Shown here piece after piece: positions 10,026 to 20,947 of a stretch of 64,000 nucleotides of DNA (positions are counted from its first letter, which is position 1; each line of letters starts with the position of its first letter). Position numbers and translations under genes: made by a program. The stretch lies in IMG/VR virus record IMGVR_UViG_3300027749_000051, positions 1 through 64,000 of that record; one strand, written 5' to 3'. This DNA is from a virus. The notes below the pieces were generated by a model. The model was not told the DNA's origin. It made no database searches and saw nothing but the letters and a program-made list of their open reading frames with translations.

Positions 10026-10864
10026 TTAAAATAGATTATTCCGAAGGAAATATAAAAATGAATACCAGTGATTTAAGAGGGATATTCAAATCAGAACAAT
10101 TACCTTTAAAGTTCAAAATAAAAAAAGTTGTATCTAAAGAGGTGATATGGGAAACAAATTTAAATAGTAATATGTGGGCAATATTTCCATCAAATGAGAT
10201 CAATGATGTTGTTGTTGAGGATGCACAAGGAAATTTTATTTATCAATATTATTGGGATGTATTACAACATGGGTCGGTATTTTATAAATCATTGTGGATG
10301 TATTGTAAGGGACTAATTAATGATGGAAAAAAACCAAAAGGATTAGTTGTTGGAACACATGATGGAGAGTTCGGTGAATGGGTCCCATTGGTTAAAAATT
10401 TTATGTCGGATATGTTATTGGTTGAGGGGAGTGAAAAACAATTCAATAAATTATCCCAAAACTTTAAGGGAAAACAAGGTTTGTCATTTTTAAATGAGTT
10501 AATAACAACAGATGGGTCTGAAGTTGAATTTTTTGAAGGTGGCGCAGGATATACAAACTCAATTGTTAAACGGGTTATTGATCATTGGGAAACAGAAGAG
10601 ATACATTCATCGAAAAGAAAATCGACCAGCATAAATAATTTAATTAAAAATAATCTTGGTGGTAAAGTTGATTGGATACACTTAGATGTTGAAGGACTTG
10701 ATGCTAAATTATTAATGTCTTTAAACGAAGAATATATTCCTAATTTTATAATATTCGAAGACTTCAATCTATTAGTGGATGAAAATAAAGAAATAACTGA
10801 GTGGTTTAGTTTACGAGGATTTAACCTACATTCTGAGGGTGGGATTTGTATGGCAAAAAAATGA
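10022..10864 (+). CDS. FkbM-family methyltransferase with an N-terminal extension
   Basis: VVGTHDGEFGEW; LLVEG; WIHLDVEGLD; IIFE. Confidence 0.75.
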   Translation: MIKIDYSEGNIKMNTSDLRGIFKSEQLPLKFKIKKVVSKEVIWETNLNSNMWAIFPSNEINDVVVEDAQGNFIYQYYWDVLQHGSVFYKSLWMYCKGLINDGKKPKGLVVGTHDGEFGEWVPLVKNFMSDMLLVEGSEKQFNKLSQNFKGKQGLSFLNELITTDGSEVEFFEGGAGYTNSIVKRVIDHWETEEIHSSKRKSTSINNLIKNNLGGKVDWIHLDVEGLDAKLLMSLNEEYIPNFIIFEDFNLLVDENKEITEWFSLRGFNLHSEGGICMAKK

Positions 10865-10868
10865 TAAT

Positions 10869-11051
10869 TTATGGTACCATTTTAGATTTCTGATTTTCTG
10901 TTGATTTGTACAGACTCAGTAATTTTAAAGAATCACGATAATGTTTTTCTAGCCTATCCAGTTCTTCTACCGTGACACAACCGTCACATGCGGAGTTATA
11001 TTGTTCTTCCGATTCCTGAATAATTTTCTCTATTGTTTTTAAAAGTTTCAT
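10869..11051 (-). CDS. Small hypothetical protein, candidate packaged head protein
   Basis: Lies on the minus strand (the track label + is wrong). Starts MKLLKTIEKIIQE; TATTTATA at 11057-11064 sits directly upstream. Confidence 0.6.
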   Translation of the reverse strand: MKLLKTIEKIIQESEEQYNSACDGCVTVEELDRLEKHYRDSLKLLSLYKSTENQKSKMVP

Positions 11052-11056
11052 ATACA

Positions 11057-11064
11057 TATAAATA
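11057..11064 (-). promoter_or_regulatory. TATTTATA putative late promoter
   Basis: Same motif as upstream of other structural genes. Confidence 0.5.
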
Positions 11065-11134
11065 TACTTCTGTCCTAACTTTATTTAGTTTTCGATAAAA
11101 CTATATTTGATTTGAATAAAAACTCAAATCTTGT

Positions 11135-11142
11135 TATTTATA
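11135..11142 (+). promoter_or_regulatory. TATTTATA putative late promoter
   Basis: 58 nt upstream of 11200, at the head of the structural cluster. Confidence 0.5.
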
Positions 11143-11199
11143 TGTATAGAAAAGATAAATGGAATTTTGTTCTAAAAAAATTGAAAAGTAATATAGATA

Positions 11200-14004
11200 A
11201 TGTATAGTATAAGTTGGTATTTTGATAGTGGTGGTGTTGGTGATTCTCTTGTAGTAGAACAAAATGGGATTGTTGTTCTTAATTGGACAGCAACAGGTTC
11301 AGGAGTACTAACAGGATGGAACCCTGGAGATACTATTGACATAACGGTTAATCCTGGTAATAGAAATTATTCTCATCTTATATATAACGACTATACGGAG
11401 ACTCAATTCGAGCCAACAGCCTGTTATTTTGGAGGAACGGTGAGTGGAGATGGAAATATTTCTGCGGCTACTGATAATAACGACTATCTTCCAACTCCAA
11501 CTCCAACTCCAACAAATGCTGCATCACCAACACAAACTCCGACCAATACTGCGACACCGACTATTACTCCAACAAATACTACAACACCGACTATTACTCC
11601 AAGTGCCGGCAACCTTCTTCAATTCCAAGATTGTGCGAATAATCTAAACATATTTAGATTTGCTGATGTAAATTTATCTTTAACTTTAGGTGAAACCTAT
11701 TTGATTACAAATAGCAATGAATTTTCTGGATGTGCTACGGTTGTTAGTGATACAGGAGTAGGGTTAATTTATAATGGAGCGGGTGTATATTTTACTTTAA
11801 CGTCAGGGTGTGCAGACAATATGTGTCCACAAAATAGTAGTATTGCTGCTGAATTATATAAATGTTCTGATGGGTCAATATTTTATGGACTTGTCCAACA
11901 AGACACTGCATTTGTTGGTGCTGCCTATGTCTATAATGATGAGTGTTATAGTTTTGTTGAGTTTTCGGGACCAGGTGGGCCTGATTTAGGAAACCCTGAT
12001 TATAATGATTGTCTCCGTTGTAATGCTGTTCCAACGCCAACACCTAATCCTACGCCAACAGTTACACCAACGGTATCGAGTTCTCCTATACCTTGTGCAT
12101 ATAGTTCTTTTTGTTTTTATACTTCATTACCATCATTATCAGGATATAACGGTAACTATTCTATTGCAGGAACTTATGGGTCGATGTTTTATTATACTGG
12201 TGACAGTATTGATGATTCTGTTATTTATTATACAGGGGATTATTGGTGTTTAAGTGACACATATACACCGGGAGGAAGTTGTATTTTAAGGGGAGCATCT
12301 CCTTGTTATTCAGCATGTCCTGATATTTCAGTTAATGATTTTACGGGAGGTATTTGTCCGACACCAACACCTACTCCGGTAGATTGTAATACTTTTGATT
12401 TTAACGCCTATTTTGATTGTGATTGGGAACCTCTTCCAACACCAAGTGTAAGTATAGATTGCGCAGATGCTGCATTTGATTATTATGTTAATACATTAAC
12501 ACCAACTCCTACTCCGACTAATGGTTCTTGTGGTAGTGTTTCAGTCTCATTTGGTATGACTGCATATACACCAAGTATTACTGCTACTCCTACACCAACA
12601 AGTACAAGTTCAATTATACCTGTACCTGTGGCAGGACAAGTTACTTTTGAAATGTTAAATGAGACCTTTAATTGCGTTTCAGTAAAAGTCTTAACAAATT
12701 GTGAGACAGGTGTTGAATACTATGTATGTGGAGGATTGGTGTATAACAATACACCAATTGTTGTTGGTATTACAATGTTAATGTTAATTAATGGTCAAAC
12801 AGTTTGTGTGACTTATACAAGAAATGATAAAAACTTATCATCAAATTCTCTTATTGGGGAAATAACACAAATCTACGCAGCTTGTGGTTCATGTTCGACA
12901 GTTCCTACACCAACACCAACGCCAACAAATACTACTACTCCAACAATGACTCCGACTACAACACCAACAAATACTATGACACCAACTCCATCTGCAACTG
13001 TTGGTACAATAGCATTAACACCAACGCCAACAAATACTACCACACCAACTATGACTCCAACACCATCAGTAACTCCGAACTATGTTTATGTTTATCAGAG
13101 TTGTGCACCGATTTCTCCTAATGTTAATCCAACTCAAGTTGTTCAAACACAACCAGTTTCATTTAACGCATATCCTGAAAATGTCTTTAAAGATAGTTCA
13201 GGAAATTGTTGGAGATATGTTGGTAGATATTCAAGTAACTATATTGCACCATCAGGAATTGTTGTTATAACTTATAGTGGTAATTACTTTGCAAGTGCGC
13301 CTAATTACATATACTCATCGTGTATTATTTGTCAGGGTGGAGCTCGTCCAGTGGTAGATGTTCCAGAAGTAGTTACAGGAGTATTCACAGATGTGACTGT
13401 GTTTAGTGCGACATTATATGGTGCGGTAGTTAGTGATCATAACTCACCTGTAACAGAGTGGGGAATTCTTATTGGTATATCACCAGAATTAACATATGGG
13501 GCTGCGGGTGTTACCTATATAAGTGCTCCGAGTCCTGGAATTGGAACATATTCTGTTGACGCAACAGGACTTGTTGAAGGTGTTACCTATTATTATAGGG
13601 CGACAGCCGTTAACAGTGTTGGTAGGGGATATGGGTTTACTGTTGGTTCATTTACGACACTTAATTTAAATAGTTGGGCAACTATTAATGTTAATAATAA
13701 CAGTTCGTCTTATAGTGACAATATGTTTAACATTCTCGTTGGTGGACAAACAGTGATGGGAATTCCGGCAACAATACATGGCGGAGAAACGGCTATTGGG
13801 TCAACAATTTATGTTGGATCGACAACTCTTACTCTTGGATATATTACATTGTACACCTTTGACGGACAAATTACAATCACTGATAATTCAACTAATCTTG
13901 TGATTTATAGTAGGACAATATCAAGAAATGGGACTATCAATACTAATCTAACCATTCCATATCCTCAGGGTATAACAATAACAATGTCGGATATTCCACA
14001 ATAA
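11200..14004 (+). CDS. Large virion-type protein with Pro/Thr linkers, Cys-rich modules and an FN3-like domain
   Basis: Repeated PTPTPT/TPTNT linkers between Cys-rich blocks; SATLYG...GLVEGVTYYYRATAVNSVGRGYG is FN3-like. Confidence 0.65.
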   Translation: MYSISWYFDSGGVGDSLVVEQNGIVVLNWTATGSGVLTGWNPGDTIDITVNPGNRNYSHLIYNDYTETQFEPTACYFGGTVSGDGNISAATDNNDYLPTPTPTPTNAASPTQTPTNTATPTITPTNTTTPTITPSAGNLLQFQDCANNLNIFRFADVNLSLTLGETYLITNSNEFSGCATVVSDTGVGLIYNGAGVYFTLTSGCADNMCPQNSSIAAELYKCSDGSIFYGLVQQDTAFVGAAYVYNDECYSFVEFSGPGGPDLGNPDYNDCLRCNAVPTPTPNPTPTVTPTVSSSPIPCAYSSFCFYTSLPSLSGYNGNYSIAGTYGSMFYYTGDSIDDSVIYYTGDYWCLSDTYTPGGSCILRGASPCYSACPDISVNDFTGGICPTPTPTPVDCNTFDFNAYFDCDWEPLPTPSVSIDCADAAFDYYVNTLTPTPTPTNGSCGSVSVSFGMTAYTPSITATPTPTSTSSIIPVPVAGQVTFEMLNETFNCVSVKVLTNCETGVEYYVCGGLVYNNTPIVVGITMLMLINGQTVCVTYTRNDKNLSSNSLIGEITQIYAACGSCSTVPTPTPTPTNTTTPTMTPTTTPTNTMTPTPSATVGTIALTPTPTNTTTPTMTPTPSVTPNYVYVYQSCAPISPNVNPTQVVQTQPVSFNAYPENVFKDSSGNCWRYVGRYSSNYIAPSGIVVITYSGNYFASAPNYIYSSCIICQGGARPVVDVPEVVTGVFTDVTVFSATLYGAVVSDHNSPVTEWGILIGISPELTYGAAGVTYISAPSPGIGTYSVDATGLVEGVTYYYRATAVNSVGRGYGFTVGSFTTLNLNSWATINVNNNSSSYSDNMFNILVGGQTVMGIPATIHGGETAIGSTIYVGSTTLTLGYITLYTFDGQITITDNSTNLVIYSRTISRNGTINTNLTIPYPQGITITMSDIPQ

Positions 14005-14007
14005 TAG

Positions 14008-14014
14008 TATTTAT
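14008..14014 (+). promoter_or_regulatory. TATTTAT putative late promoter
   Basis: Ends 5 nt before ATG 14020. Confidence 0.5.
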
Positions 14015-14019
14015 CTAAA

Positions 14020-14226
14020 ATGACAACTCAAGTAACGATAACATCAGTAACTGCAAATACTCCAGTGGATATATTCTATTGTGATTCTATGGGGGCGAGC
14101 TGTGTTAATGTCGCAACTGTCTCAACATTTCCGTATGTTTTTTTAGTCCCATCTCCATATTCTGAAGAAAATTTTATTATTAAGATAGCGGATACTCAAG
14201 GGTGTGTTGTTGAAGAACAGGTATAG
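14020..14226 (+). CDS. Small beta-rich structural protein; paralog of 20948-21169
   Basis: TPVDIFYCD...C...FPYVFLVP...IKIADTQGC aligns with SPYNIYVCQ...C...IPYQFDVP...LKVIDANNC. Confidence 0.6.
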   Translation: MTTQVTITSVTANTPVDIFYCDSMGASCVNVATVSTFPYVFLVPSPYSEENFIIKIADTQGCVVEEQV

Positions 14227-14316
14227 TCCCTATGTTACCTTGTTGAGAACTTGTCACTAAGTAATTTCCTTCTTTCAAATAAATTTTCGTAATCTGAAAA
14301 TAAGTGTTATTTCATA

Positions 14317-14323
14317 TATTTAT
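14317..14323 (+). promoter_or_regulatory. TATTTAT putative late promoter
   Basis: Ends 16 nt before ATG 14340. Confidence 0.55.
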
Positions 14324-14339
14324 GATTAAATAGAACTTT

Positions 14340-15335
14340 ATGGCAACGACTAGAGCATTTGCATATAATATAAGCTCACCAATTTTGGGAACTCAACAAG
14401 TTGGGGATTTGGCAATTGGAGTACCAACAAGTGGATTTGCATCAACTGGATTACCTTGGTGGGAAGGCCCTGATGAGGAGTTAGGGTATGTCATTGCAGA
14501 GCCTGTTTCAGGGAATACACAACCAACACCAATATCAGGAGTTACAGCCTCTTTGGGATTCTATAGGTCAGATTTTCTAACCGATAATTCTTTTGTTGAA
14601 CTTGCAAATGTTGTTTCAGGACAAAATTTTACTGGAGCAACCGAAGCAAGTATATGGTTAACAAATCACGGATATTGGAATTCATATCCTGCTCCTGTTT
14701 TGTATTTGGATGCTGGTGATATTAATAGTTATCCTGGCACAGGAACTGTTTGGACTGATTTAATTGGAGGAAAAGTATTTGACTTAATAAATGGACCAGG
14801 TTATGATCCAGGAAATGGAGGTAAGATTTACTTTTACGCCGCAGGTGGACAATATGCTAATTGTTCAACAAGTTTACCGTCATTACCGACATTTACAACA
14901 TCTGTTTGGCATTATTGGGATGGTACTAATACAGGATCATTACCTTGTCTATTATCTGAAGTGTATATTGGAGGTGGAATTAACTTCCTTCTTGGTGCTC
15001 CTGGAGGTGTTGTTGCTCAAGGAGGGTATTTCAATGGCAATTTTCAACTCTCACCTCAATTTAGTTTAACACCAAATACTTGGTATAATATTGTTGTTAG
15101 TTGTGATTCGAGTCAAGTTGTTAACATTTATTTAAACAATACATTAATTAGTTCAACATCTACAACAGGTCCTCAACCATATTCAAGTGGGGCAGGAATA
15201 AACCTAATGAAGAGATGGGATGGTTCTGAGAATTGGGGTGGTTACTTATCAACCGTTGGAATATATGATAAAGCATTAACATCAGGACAAATTTCTGGAA
15301 TTTATAACACAACTAAATCAAGATACGGATTGTAA
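14340..15335 (+). CDS. Virion protein: shared N-terminal module plus LamG/concanavalin-A-like lectin domain
   Basis: MATTRAFAYN...WWEGPDEELGYVIA; VLYLDAGD..SYPGTGTVWTDL; WYNIVVS; IYDKALT...YNTTKSRYGL. Confidence 0.75.
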   Translation: MATTRAFAYNISSPILGTQQVGDLAIGVPTSGFASTGLPWWEGPDEELGYVIAEPVSGNTQPTPISGVTASLGFYRSDFLTDNSFVELANVVSGQNFTGATEASIWLTNHGYWNSYPAPVLYLDAGDINSYPGTGTVWTDLIGGKVFDLINGPGYDPGNGGKIYFYAAGGQYANCSTSLPSLPTFTTSVWHYWDGTNTGSLPCLLSEVYIGGGINFLLGAPGGVVAQGGYFNGNFQLSPQFSLTPNTWYNIVVSCDSSQVVNIYLNNTLISSTSTTGPQPYSSGAGINLMKRWDGSENWGGYLSTVGIYDKALTSGQISGIYNTTKSRYGL

Positions 15336-15340
15336 TATAA

Positions 15341-16981
15341 ATGGCAACAACAAGACCTTTTGCATATAACCCAATACCACCAAATTCTCCAATTTCGGGA
15401 ACAACGCAACTTGGTGACATAGCAATTGGTGTTTTAACGGAGCCATATACTAGTAATTATGGAGGTGTTGTATGGTGGGATGGTCCTGATGAAGATTTAG
15501 GTTATGTTATTGCGATTCCTATTAGTGGGAACACACAACCAACACCAATATCTGGTGTTACGGCATCTGTTGCTTTTTATGGTACTGAAATTTTACCAAA
15601 TCCGTTTAGTGAATCGTCATTTCTTTATATAACAAATAGGGCGTTCAAACAGAATTTCACTAATGGTAATGACGCGTCAACTTGGTTGACAAATAATGGG
15701 TATTGGAACACATGGAATTCAATAACGCCAACTCCGACACCAACTCCAACATCTACGCCTATTCCAATATATGTACCAACTTGTTCACTCATATTTAATT
15801 CAATTGACGCTGGAATATACGGTTATGACTCGTCAACTAACACAAGTACTTTCTTATATAATTCAGGATTTGTAAGTAGTGACATTGCAAATACTCAAAC
15901 TAAATTATGGATATATAATTCAAGTATACATGAATATGATATTACATTAAGTCCTTGGTCTATAACCTTTAATAGGACTATTGATTTATCGGTTGGGTTA
16001 GGCGCTGGTTTGGGGGCAATCAATAATACAACTTTAATTAGTACTGATGGCGGGTCAGATATTATCACATTAGATATAACAACATCTGCTGCATCGGCAA
16101 CAGTTATTGGAAGTTTACCTCCAGGTAGAATTGTTTCAGGAGATATTTTACAAACAACAACAACACCTCTAAAAATAATTGTAACAAATCAAGGTGGTGA
16201 TGGTTATTTCTTATCTCAATATGTCGTGGTGGGAGGACTTGCGGTATTTGAAACTGAGATTAATATAGGGGCATATTCAACATCTGCGTACGGTTTATAC
16301 GAGGATAATAGTTTATTGTATTTTGTTGATGGATATACTGGTCAAATATTTAATGTTGATTTAAATCCTCCATACGACATTACTGGTACAACTGGATACA
16401 CAGCTTATGTGGTATATGGTGCGTCCCAAGTACCAAGTTGTTTAAATGTAAGTTTAATTTTACCAACACCAACTCCGACACCGACTCAAACTGTGACGCC
16501 GACTAATACTGAAACTTCTACACCCACTGTTACTCCTACCAATACTCAAACGCCAACAAATACTACAACCCCTACCAATACTGCAACTCCGACTAATACT
16601 GCAACCCCAACTAATACTATTACACCTACCAATACTGAGACTCCGACTAATACTCCGACCAATACTCAAACGCCAACTAACACTGTTACTCCTACCAATA
16701 CTGCGACTCCGACTAATACCGCAACTCCAACGGTAACACCAACTAATACTATTACGCCAACTAATACTTCAACATCAACTCAAACACCCACTCCAAGTAT
16801 TACGGCAAGTCAAACTGTAACCCCAACACCTACTCAAACTCCGACTAATACTCTTACACCTACTAACACCACAACACCTACTCAAACACCAACTCAAACA
16901 CCCCAATTCTTCTTATTATTTGAGGATAGTTCAATTGCTACGGCAGAAAATAACAATAATATTGAAATAGATATAATATAA
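15341..16981 (+). CDS. Virion protein: shared N-terminal module, beta-rich domain and long TPTNT stalk
   Basis: [10 protein letters not shown]...[14 protein letters not shown]; roughly 150-aa Thr/Pro repeat near the C-terminus. Confidence 0.7.
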   Translation: MATTRPFAYNPIPPNSPISGTTQLGDIAIGVLTEPYTSNYGGVVWWDGPDEDLGYVIAIPISGNTQPTPISGVTASVAFYGTEILPNPFSESSFLYITNRAFKQNFTNGNDASTWLTNNGYWNTWNSITPTPTPTPTSTPIPIYVPTCSLIFNSIDAGIYGYDSSTNTSTFLYNSGFVSSDIANTQTKLWIYNSSIHEYDITLSPWSITFNRTIDLSVGLGAGLGAINNTTLISTDGGSDIITLDITTSAASATVIGSLPPGRIVSGDILQTTTTPLKIIVTNQGGDGYFLSQYVVVGGLAVFETEINIGAYSTSAYGLYEDNSLLYFVDGYTGQIFNVDLNPPYDITGTTGYTAYVVYGASQVPSCLNVSLILPTPTPTPTQTVTPTNTETSTPTVTPTNTQTPTNTTTPTNTATPTNTATPTNTITPTNTETPTNTPTNTQTPTNTVTPTNTATPTNTATPTVTPTNTITPTNTSTSTQTPTPSITASQTVTPTPTQTPTNTLTPTNTTTPTQTPTQTPQFFLLFEDSSIATAENNNNIEIDII

Positions 16982-16995
16982 AAAAATAGATTAAA

Positions 16996-17493
16996 ATGGC
17001 AAATACAAAAATTAGTGCATTACCACTATACACAGGAGATACCACGGGTGCTTATCTTGTTATGGATAATAGTGGACTTACTCAAACTTATAAAGTTACT
17101 AAAGAGACCTTATTGGGTGGAAGTCCAATTGTACCAGTAACAGGAAGTTGGACTTTATCAACAGGTGCAAATACTGTTAGTTTTACAGTTACTGCAGGTC
17201 AATCATATGTAATGTGGGTAAATGGAAATATTCCAAACGGTATTGTTAATTGGAATGCAACATTAACACTATCAAACTCAAACGTACCTGTAATAGGTGT
17301 ACAATATGGTTGGTATTATGTTGCAGGAAACGCTTTGGTGTTAACATCAATACCAAGTCAGATAGTTGGGACTGCGGGAACTATTAGTACCTCATCACCA
17401 GCGGTTTCAAATTCAAACACCTTTACATTTGGTATAACAAACAACAGTGGTACATCTCAAGTAGTTTACTACGGATATACTAAAGTAAGTTAA
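16996..17493 (+). CDS. Small fibre-associated structural protein
   Basis: MANTKISALP N-terminus common to phage fibre proteins; beta-rich, Ser/Thr/Gly-rich. Confidence 0.55.
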   Translation: MANTKISALPLYTGDTTGAYLVMDNSGLTQTYKVTKETLLGGSPIVPVTGSWTLSTGANTVSFTVTAGQSYVMWVNGNIPNGIVNWNATLTLSNSNVPVIGVQYGWYYVAGNALVLTSIPSQIVGTAGTISTSSPAVSNSNTFTFGITNNSGTSQVVYYGYTKVS

Positions 17494-17494
17494 T

Positions 17495-17590
17495 TTGAGA
17501 GTAGTATCTTACTATATGGGATTCGGTGCGGGAACAGGAGGTTCTACTGATAATCAAGAATTACTTTCTTGGAGTTTAACCTTCACCTAA
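17495..17590 (+). pseudogene. Relic C-terminal fragment of a legume-type (L-type) lectin domain
   Basis: Frame reads LRVVSYYMGFGAGTGGSTDNQELLSWSLTFT*, matching the YxGFxAxTG...LSWS end of L-type lectins; an in-frame stop lies at 17486. Confidence 0.55.
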
Positions 17591-17603
17591 TTAGATTACT
17601 AAT

Positions 17604-17632
17604 AAAAAGAAGACCTAAAGTCTTCTTTTTTT
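17604..17632 (+). terminator. Intrinsic terminator
   Basis: AAAAAGAAGAC-ctaaa-GTCTTCTTTTT. Confidence 0.8.
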
Positions 17633-17642
17633 GATACCAATG

Positions 17643-17650
17643 TATTTATA
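17643..17650 (+). promoter_or_regulatory. TATTTATA putative late promoter
   Basis: Just after the terminator, ending 12 nt before ATG 17663. Confidence 0.6.
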
Positions 17651-17662
17651 ATTAAATAGAAA

Positions 17663-18964
17663 ATGTCCACATCAAGACCCTTTGCATATAATCCTGTTCC
17701 ACCAAATTCTGCCATCTCTGGCACAACGCAATTTGGTGACTTGGCAATCGGAGTTTTAGATGAACCATACGCCGATAATTATGGTGGAGTTACATGGTGG
17801 AACGGACCTGATGAAGATCTTGGATATGTAATTGCATTACCTGTCAGCGGAAACACACAACCAACATCGGTTCCAAGTAGTTGGAATCTATTTTTAAACC
17901 CATCTTATAAGGGTACAGATATTGTTATTAGTAATGGTGATAAAACAGCCAGACAAATTTTTGGATATCAACAATCAGTATTAGGAACACAAGTAATCAC
18001 AAGTAGTGATGTTATAATGTATAGCGTCGTAATTACATCAGCATCAACAAATAACACAGGTGTTGTTGTCGGTTTTGGAACCACCACAATGAATTATGGA
18101 TCTACTTACGGAGCATACCCCGGAAATGATAATCAAAGTTTTGGATTTGCTGGTGATGGTAACTCCTATTTTAATGGAGCCGTTGTTCAATCAGGATTAC
18201 CAACCTTCGGAGCAGTTAATGATGTAATAAGCGTTATTTGTCGGGGAACCTCATTCTATGTTAGAGTAAATGGGGGTTATTGGAATGGTAGTCCATCAGC
18301 AAATCCATCGACAAATACTGGTGGAGTATCGGTAGCAGGATGGGGGGCAATAACATCTTGGTACCCAGCAATATGTCCTTGGGGTTTTGCGGTACAGGGA
18401 GCGATGACAATATTGGATAGAGCGGTAAGTTCATTTCCATGTGGATCGTGTTATAGTGTCCCGGCAGGTGTTACATTTTTAGGTAATCTAACAGCATCCG
18501 TTAAGTTTTATCGGTCAGCAGGATTTACTGACCAATCTTTTGTTGATGTGGTTAATTGTATACCAGGACATTCACCATTTACCACATCAGGAGATTCATT
18601 ATCTTGGTTATGCGCTAATGGATATTGGACAAACTATGGAGTGTGTCCACCAAATTGTGCATTTGGGGCTTCCTTTACGGAAAAGAGTGGACCAATACCT
18701 ACACCAACACCAACTCCGACAGTATTCTATGAGTATGTTTTAGCGTTTAGTAATACTAGTAAACTTGACGCATGTTCTAATTATCCTGGAAGTACATTAC
18801 ATGTGTGGTCTACTACGAGTTCATTTGTTTCAGGTATGGCATTATATTACTATGCGAATTTTAATAATCCAGTTTCAGGATATGCATGGGTTGTAAACGG
18901 ATCTGACGCGTTCTTTATAAGTGGAAACATTGTTGGGTCATCAGATGGACCTTGTCCTCCTTAA
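17663..18964 (+). CDS. Virion protein: shared module interrupted by a SPRY/B30.2-like domain
   Basis: MSTSRPFAYN...[14 protein letters not shown]; ISNGDKTA, VVGFG, SFGFAGDGNSYFNG, FYVRVNG, WYPAICP; second half of the module (ASVKFYRS...GYW) follows the insert. Confidence 0.65.
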   Translation: MSTSRPFAYNPVPPNSAISGTTQFGDLAIGVLDEPYADNYGGVTWWNGPDEDLGYVIALPVSGNTQPTSVPSSWNLFLNPSYKGTDIVISNGDKTARQIFGYQQSVLGTQVITSSDVIMYSVVITSASTNNTGVVVGFGTTTMNYGSTYGAYPGNDNQSFGFAGDGNSYFNGAVVQSGLPTFGAVNDVISVICRGTSFYVRVNGGYWNGSPSANPSTNTGGVSVAGWGAITSWYPAICPWGFAVQGAMTILDRAVSSFPCGSCYSVPAGVTFLGNLTASVKFYRSAGFTDQSFVDVVNCIPGHSPFTTSGDSLSWLCANGYWTNYGVCPPNCAFGASFTEKSGPIPTPTPTPTVFYEYVLAFSNTSKLDACSNYPGSTLHVWSTTSSFVSGMALYYYANFNNPVSGYAWVVNGSDAFFISGNIVGSSDGPCPP

Positions 18965-19024
18965 TGAATATGAGTTAGTGACGTTTAATTTAAATTAATA
19001 AAAAATAAAAATTATAAAAAATAA

Positions 19025-20521
19025 ATGGCAAGGTATTTTGACATAAAGATAACAGGAGGAACCGCAGCAGGACCATATAGTATTTACTATGATTCTGTAA
19101 ATCCGGTTACAGTTGCGTTAATAACGTCGAGTAGTTTACCTGCGACAGGTCTCACATATAGTGATATGACAACGGGTGATGGCGTTAATGTGACAATACC
19201 AAATGATGCAAATAGTTTATTATGTTATAATAATAGATGTTTTACAGCAGATACCTATAATGTTATTCCACTATCTCCTACACCAACTCCTACTAACACA
19301 CAAACGCCAACCAATACTGTTACTCCTACTAACACACAAACACCTACTAATACCACTACTCCAACTAACACACAAACACCTACTAATACCGCTACTCCTA
19401 CTAACACACAGACACCTACTAATACCACTACTCCAACTAACACACAAACTCCAACTACAACAACTACGTTGACTGCTACTCCTACTAATACACAAACACC
19501 AACCAATACTGCTACGCCTACTAATACTATGACACCAACTAACACTACTACTCCTACTAACACACAAACACCTACTAATACCGCTACTCCTACTAACACA
19601 CAGACACCTACTAATACCACTACTCCAACTAACACACAAACTCCAACTACAACAACTACGTTGACTGCTACTCCTACTAATACACAAACACCAACCAATA
19701 CTGCTACGCCTACTAATACTATGACTCCGACCAATACTATGACTCCGACTCATACTATGACACCAACTAACACTACTACTCCTACTAATACGCAAACACC
19801 GACTAATACAATAACCGCAACACCAACAGTGACACCAACACCTACAAGATCGTACTACTTATATGTTGTTGATGCATATGACTGTAATTCTGGACCAACT
19901 TGTACACCATCAGCAACAAGTCAAATATTATTTGACCAGAATAATAGTGGAATCCTTAGTAACGGAAGTTATTATACTGATAATGGAGATACTGGTGGAC
20001 AAGTATTTAACATATTAAGTCAATATTTAGGATCGTCAGGTCCAAACTATGTTACTTATGTGGTACATACGCCTTATGGTAGTTGTGATGCTGCATGTTC
20101 TGCATTATTCCCGCCTACACCAACACCAACCCCTACTCAAACACCAACACCAACAAATGTTCCTACATCATATAGTGTTGATGTTTACGCTGGAATGTCA
20201 TCATCAATACCTTTTGGGTCCAATTTCTATGTATATTATCAAATTGACAATAATACTGTGGTACTACTTGCAATTAAAACAACGAATACTTGTGAATATT
20301 TGGGAACAATTAATGTTGACCCTGGATCGACGCTTTATTTGACTATTTTAGTAGGTGGGGCGGATGTTGAGTATCAGGTGAATAATTTAACTGATTGTAA
20401 TGGTGGAGGAACAATTTATTGTGGACAGGTAGTTCCATATTCTATGATTGCATATGGGGGATCATATACTAGATCATTAAATCCAATAATATCTGGCGGT
20501 AATTATGTACAATGTCCTTAA
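19025..20521 (+). CDS. Virion-type protein with a long TPTNTQ mucin-like stalk
   Basis: Residues of about 84-275 are almost entirely T/P/N/Q/A/M repeats, flanked by Cys-containing domains. Confidence 0.7.
   Translation: MARYFDIKITGGTAAGPYSIYYDSVNPVTVALITSSSLPATGLTYSDMTTGDGVNVTIPNDANSLLCYNNRCFTADTYNVIPLSPTPTPTNTQTPTNTVTPTNTQTPTNTTTPTNTQTPTNTATPTNTQTPTNTTTPTNTQTPTTTTTLTATPTNTQTPTNTATPTNTMTPTNTTTPTNTQTPTNTATPTNTQTPTNTTTPTNTQTPTTTTTLTATPTNTQTPTNTATPTNTMTPTNTMTPTHTMTPTNTTTPTNTQTPTNTITATPTVTPTPTRSYYLYVVDAYDCNSGPTCTPSATSQILFDQNNSGILSNGSYYTDNGDTGGQVFNILSQYLGSSGPNYVTYVVHTPYGSCDAACSALFPPTPTPTPTQTPTPTNVPTSYSVDVYAGMSSSIPFGSNFYVYYQIDNNTVVLLAIKTTNTCEYLGTINVDPGSTLYLTILVGGADVEYQVNNLTDCNGGGTIYCGQVVPYSMIAYGGSYTRSLNPIISGGNYVQCP
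19364..19725 (+). repeat. In-frame tandem duplication: two identical 170-bp copies, 192-bp period
   Basis: 19364-19533 and 19556-19725 read identically. Confidence 0.85.
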
Positions 20522-20543
20522 TTAATTATAATATAAAAATAAG

Positions 20544-20816
20544 ATGGATATAAGTAATATAAGTTTTAATGTGGCACCTAACGGTAATAAAGTTGGAGAT
20601 CTATTTTTTCCAAATAGTTATGGGTTGACAATATTAGAGACTAACGGATCTCTTACATATGATGTGTCGTTTTTACAGAAAGTGAGTGATGGAGCTTGGT
20701 TAACCGAGATGGATGGTAATATGAGAACCATAACAGAAATAAACCATTTAAAAGATGTAACTGAAGAACAAGTTAATACCTATATCTTACAAGTGGAAAA
20801 TTTACCAAATAAATAA
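20544..20816 (+). CDS. Hypothetical protein
   Basis: ORF with clean boundaries, followed by a terminator. Confidence 0.5.
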   Translation: MDISNISFNVAPNGNKVGDLFFPNSYGLTILETNGSLTYDVSFLQKVSDGAWLTEMDGNMRTITEINHLKDVTEEQVNTYILQVENLPNK

Positions 20817-20834
20817 ACTAATATTTGGTATAAT

Positions 20835-20868
20835 AACCCCCTTCTTTCAAATAGATGGGGGTTTTTTA
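20835..20868 (+). terminator. Intrinsic terminator
   Basis: AACCCCC..TCT-ttcaaat-AGA..GGGGG followed by a T run. Confidence 0.75.
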
Positions 20869-20899
20869 TTGTCCCTTGAAAAAGAAATGTTTGTTCTAA

Positions 20900-20906
20900 T
20901 ATTTAT
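20900..20906 (+). promoter_or_regulatory. TATTTAT putative late promoter
   Basis: Between the terminator and ATG 20948. Confidence 0.45.
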
Positions 20907-20947
20907 TTAGAGATTTAATAATCTCAAATCTTTAATATATTAGATGT

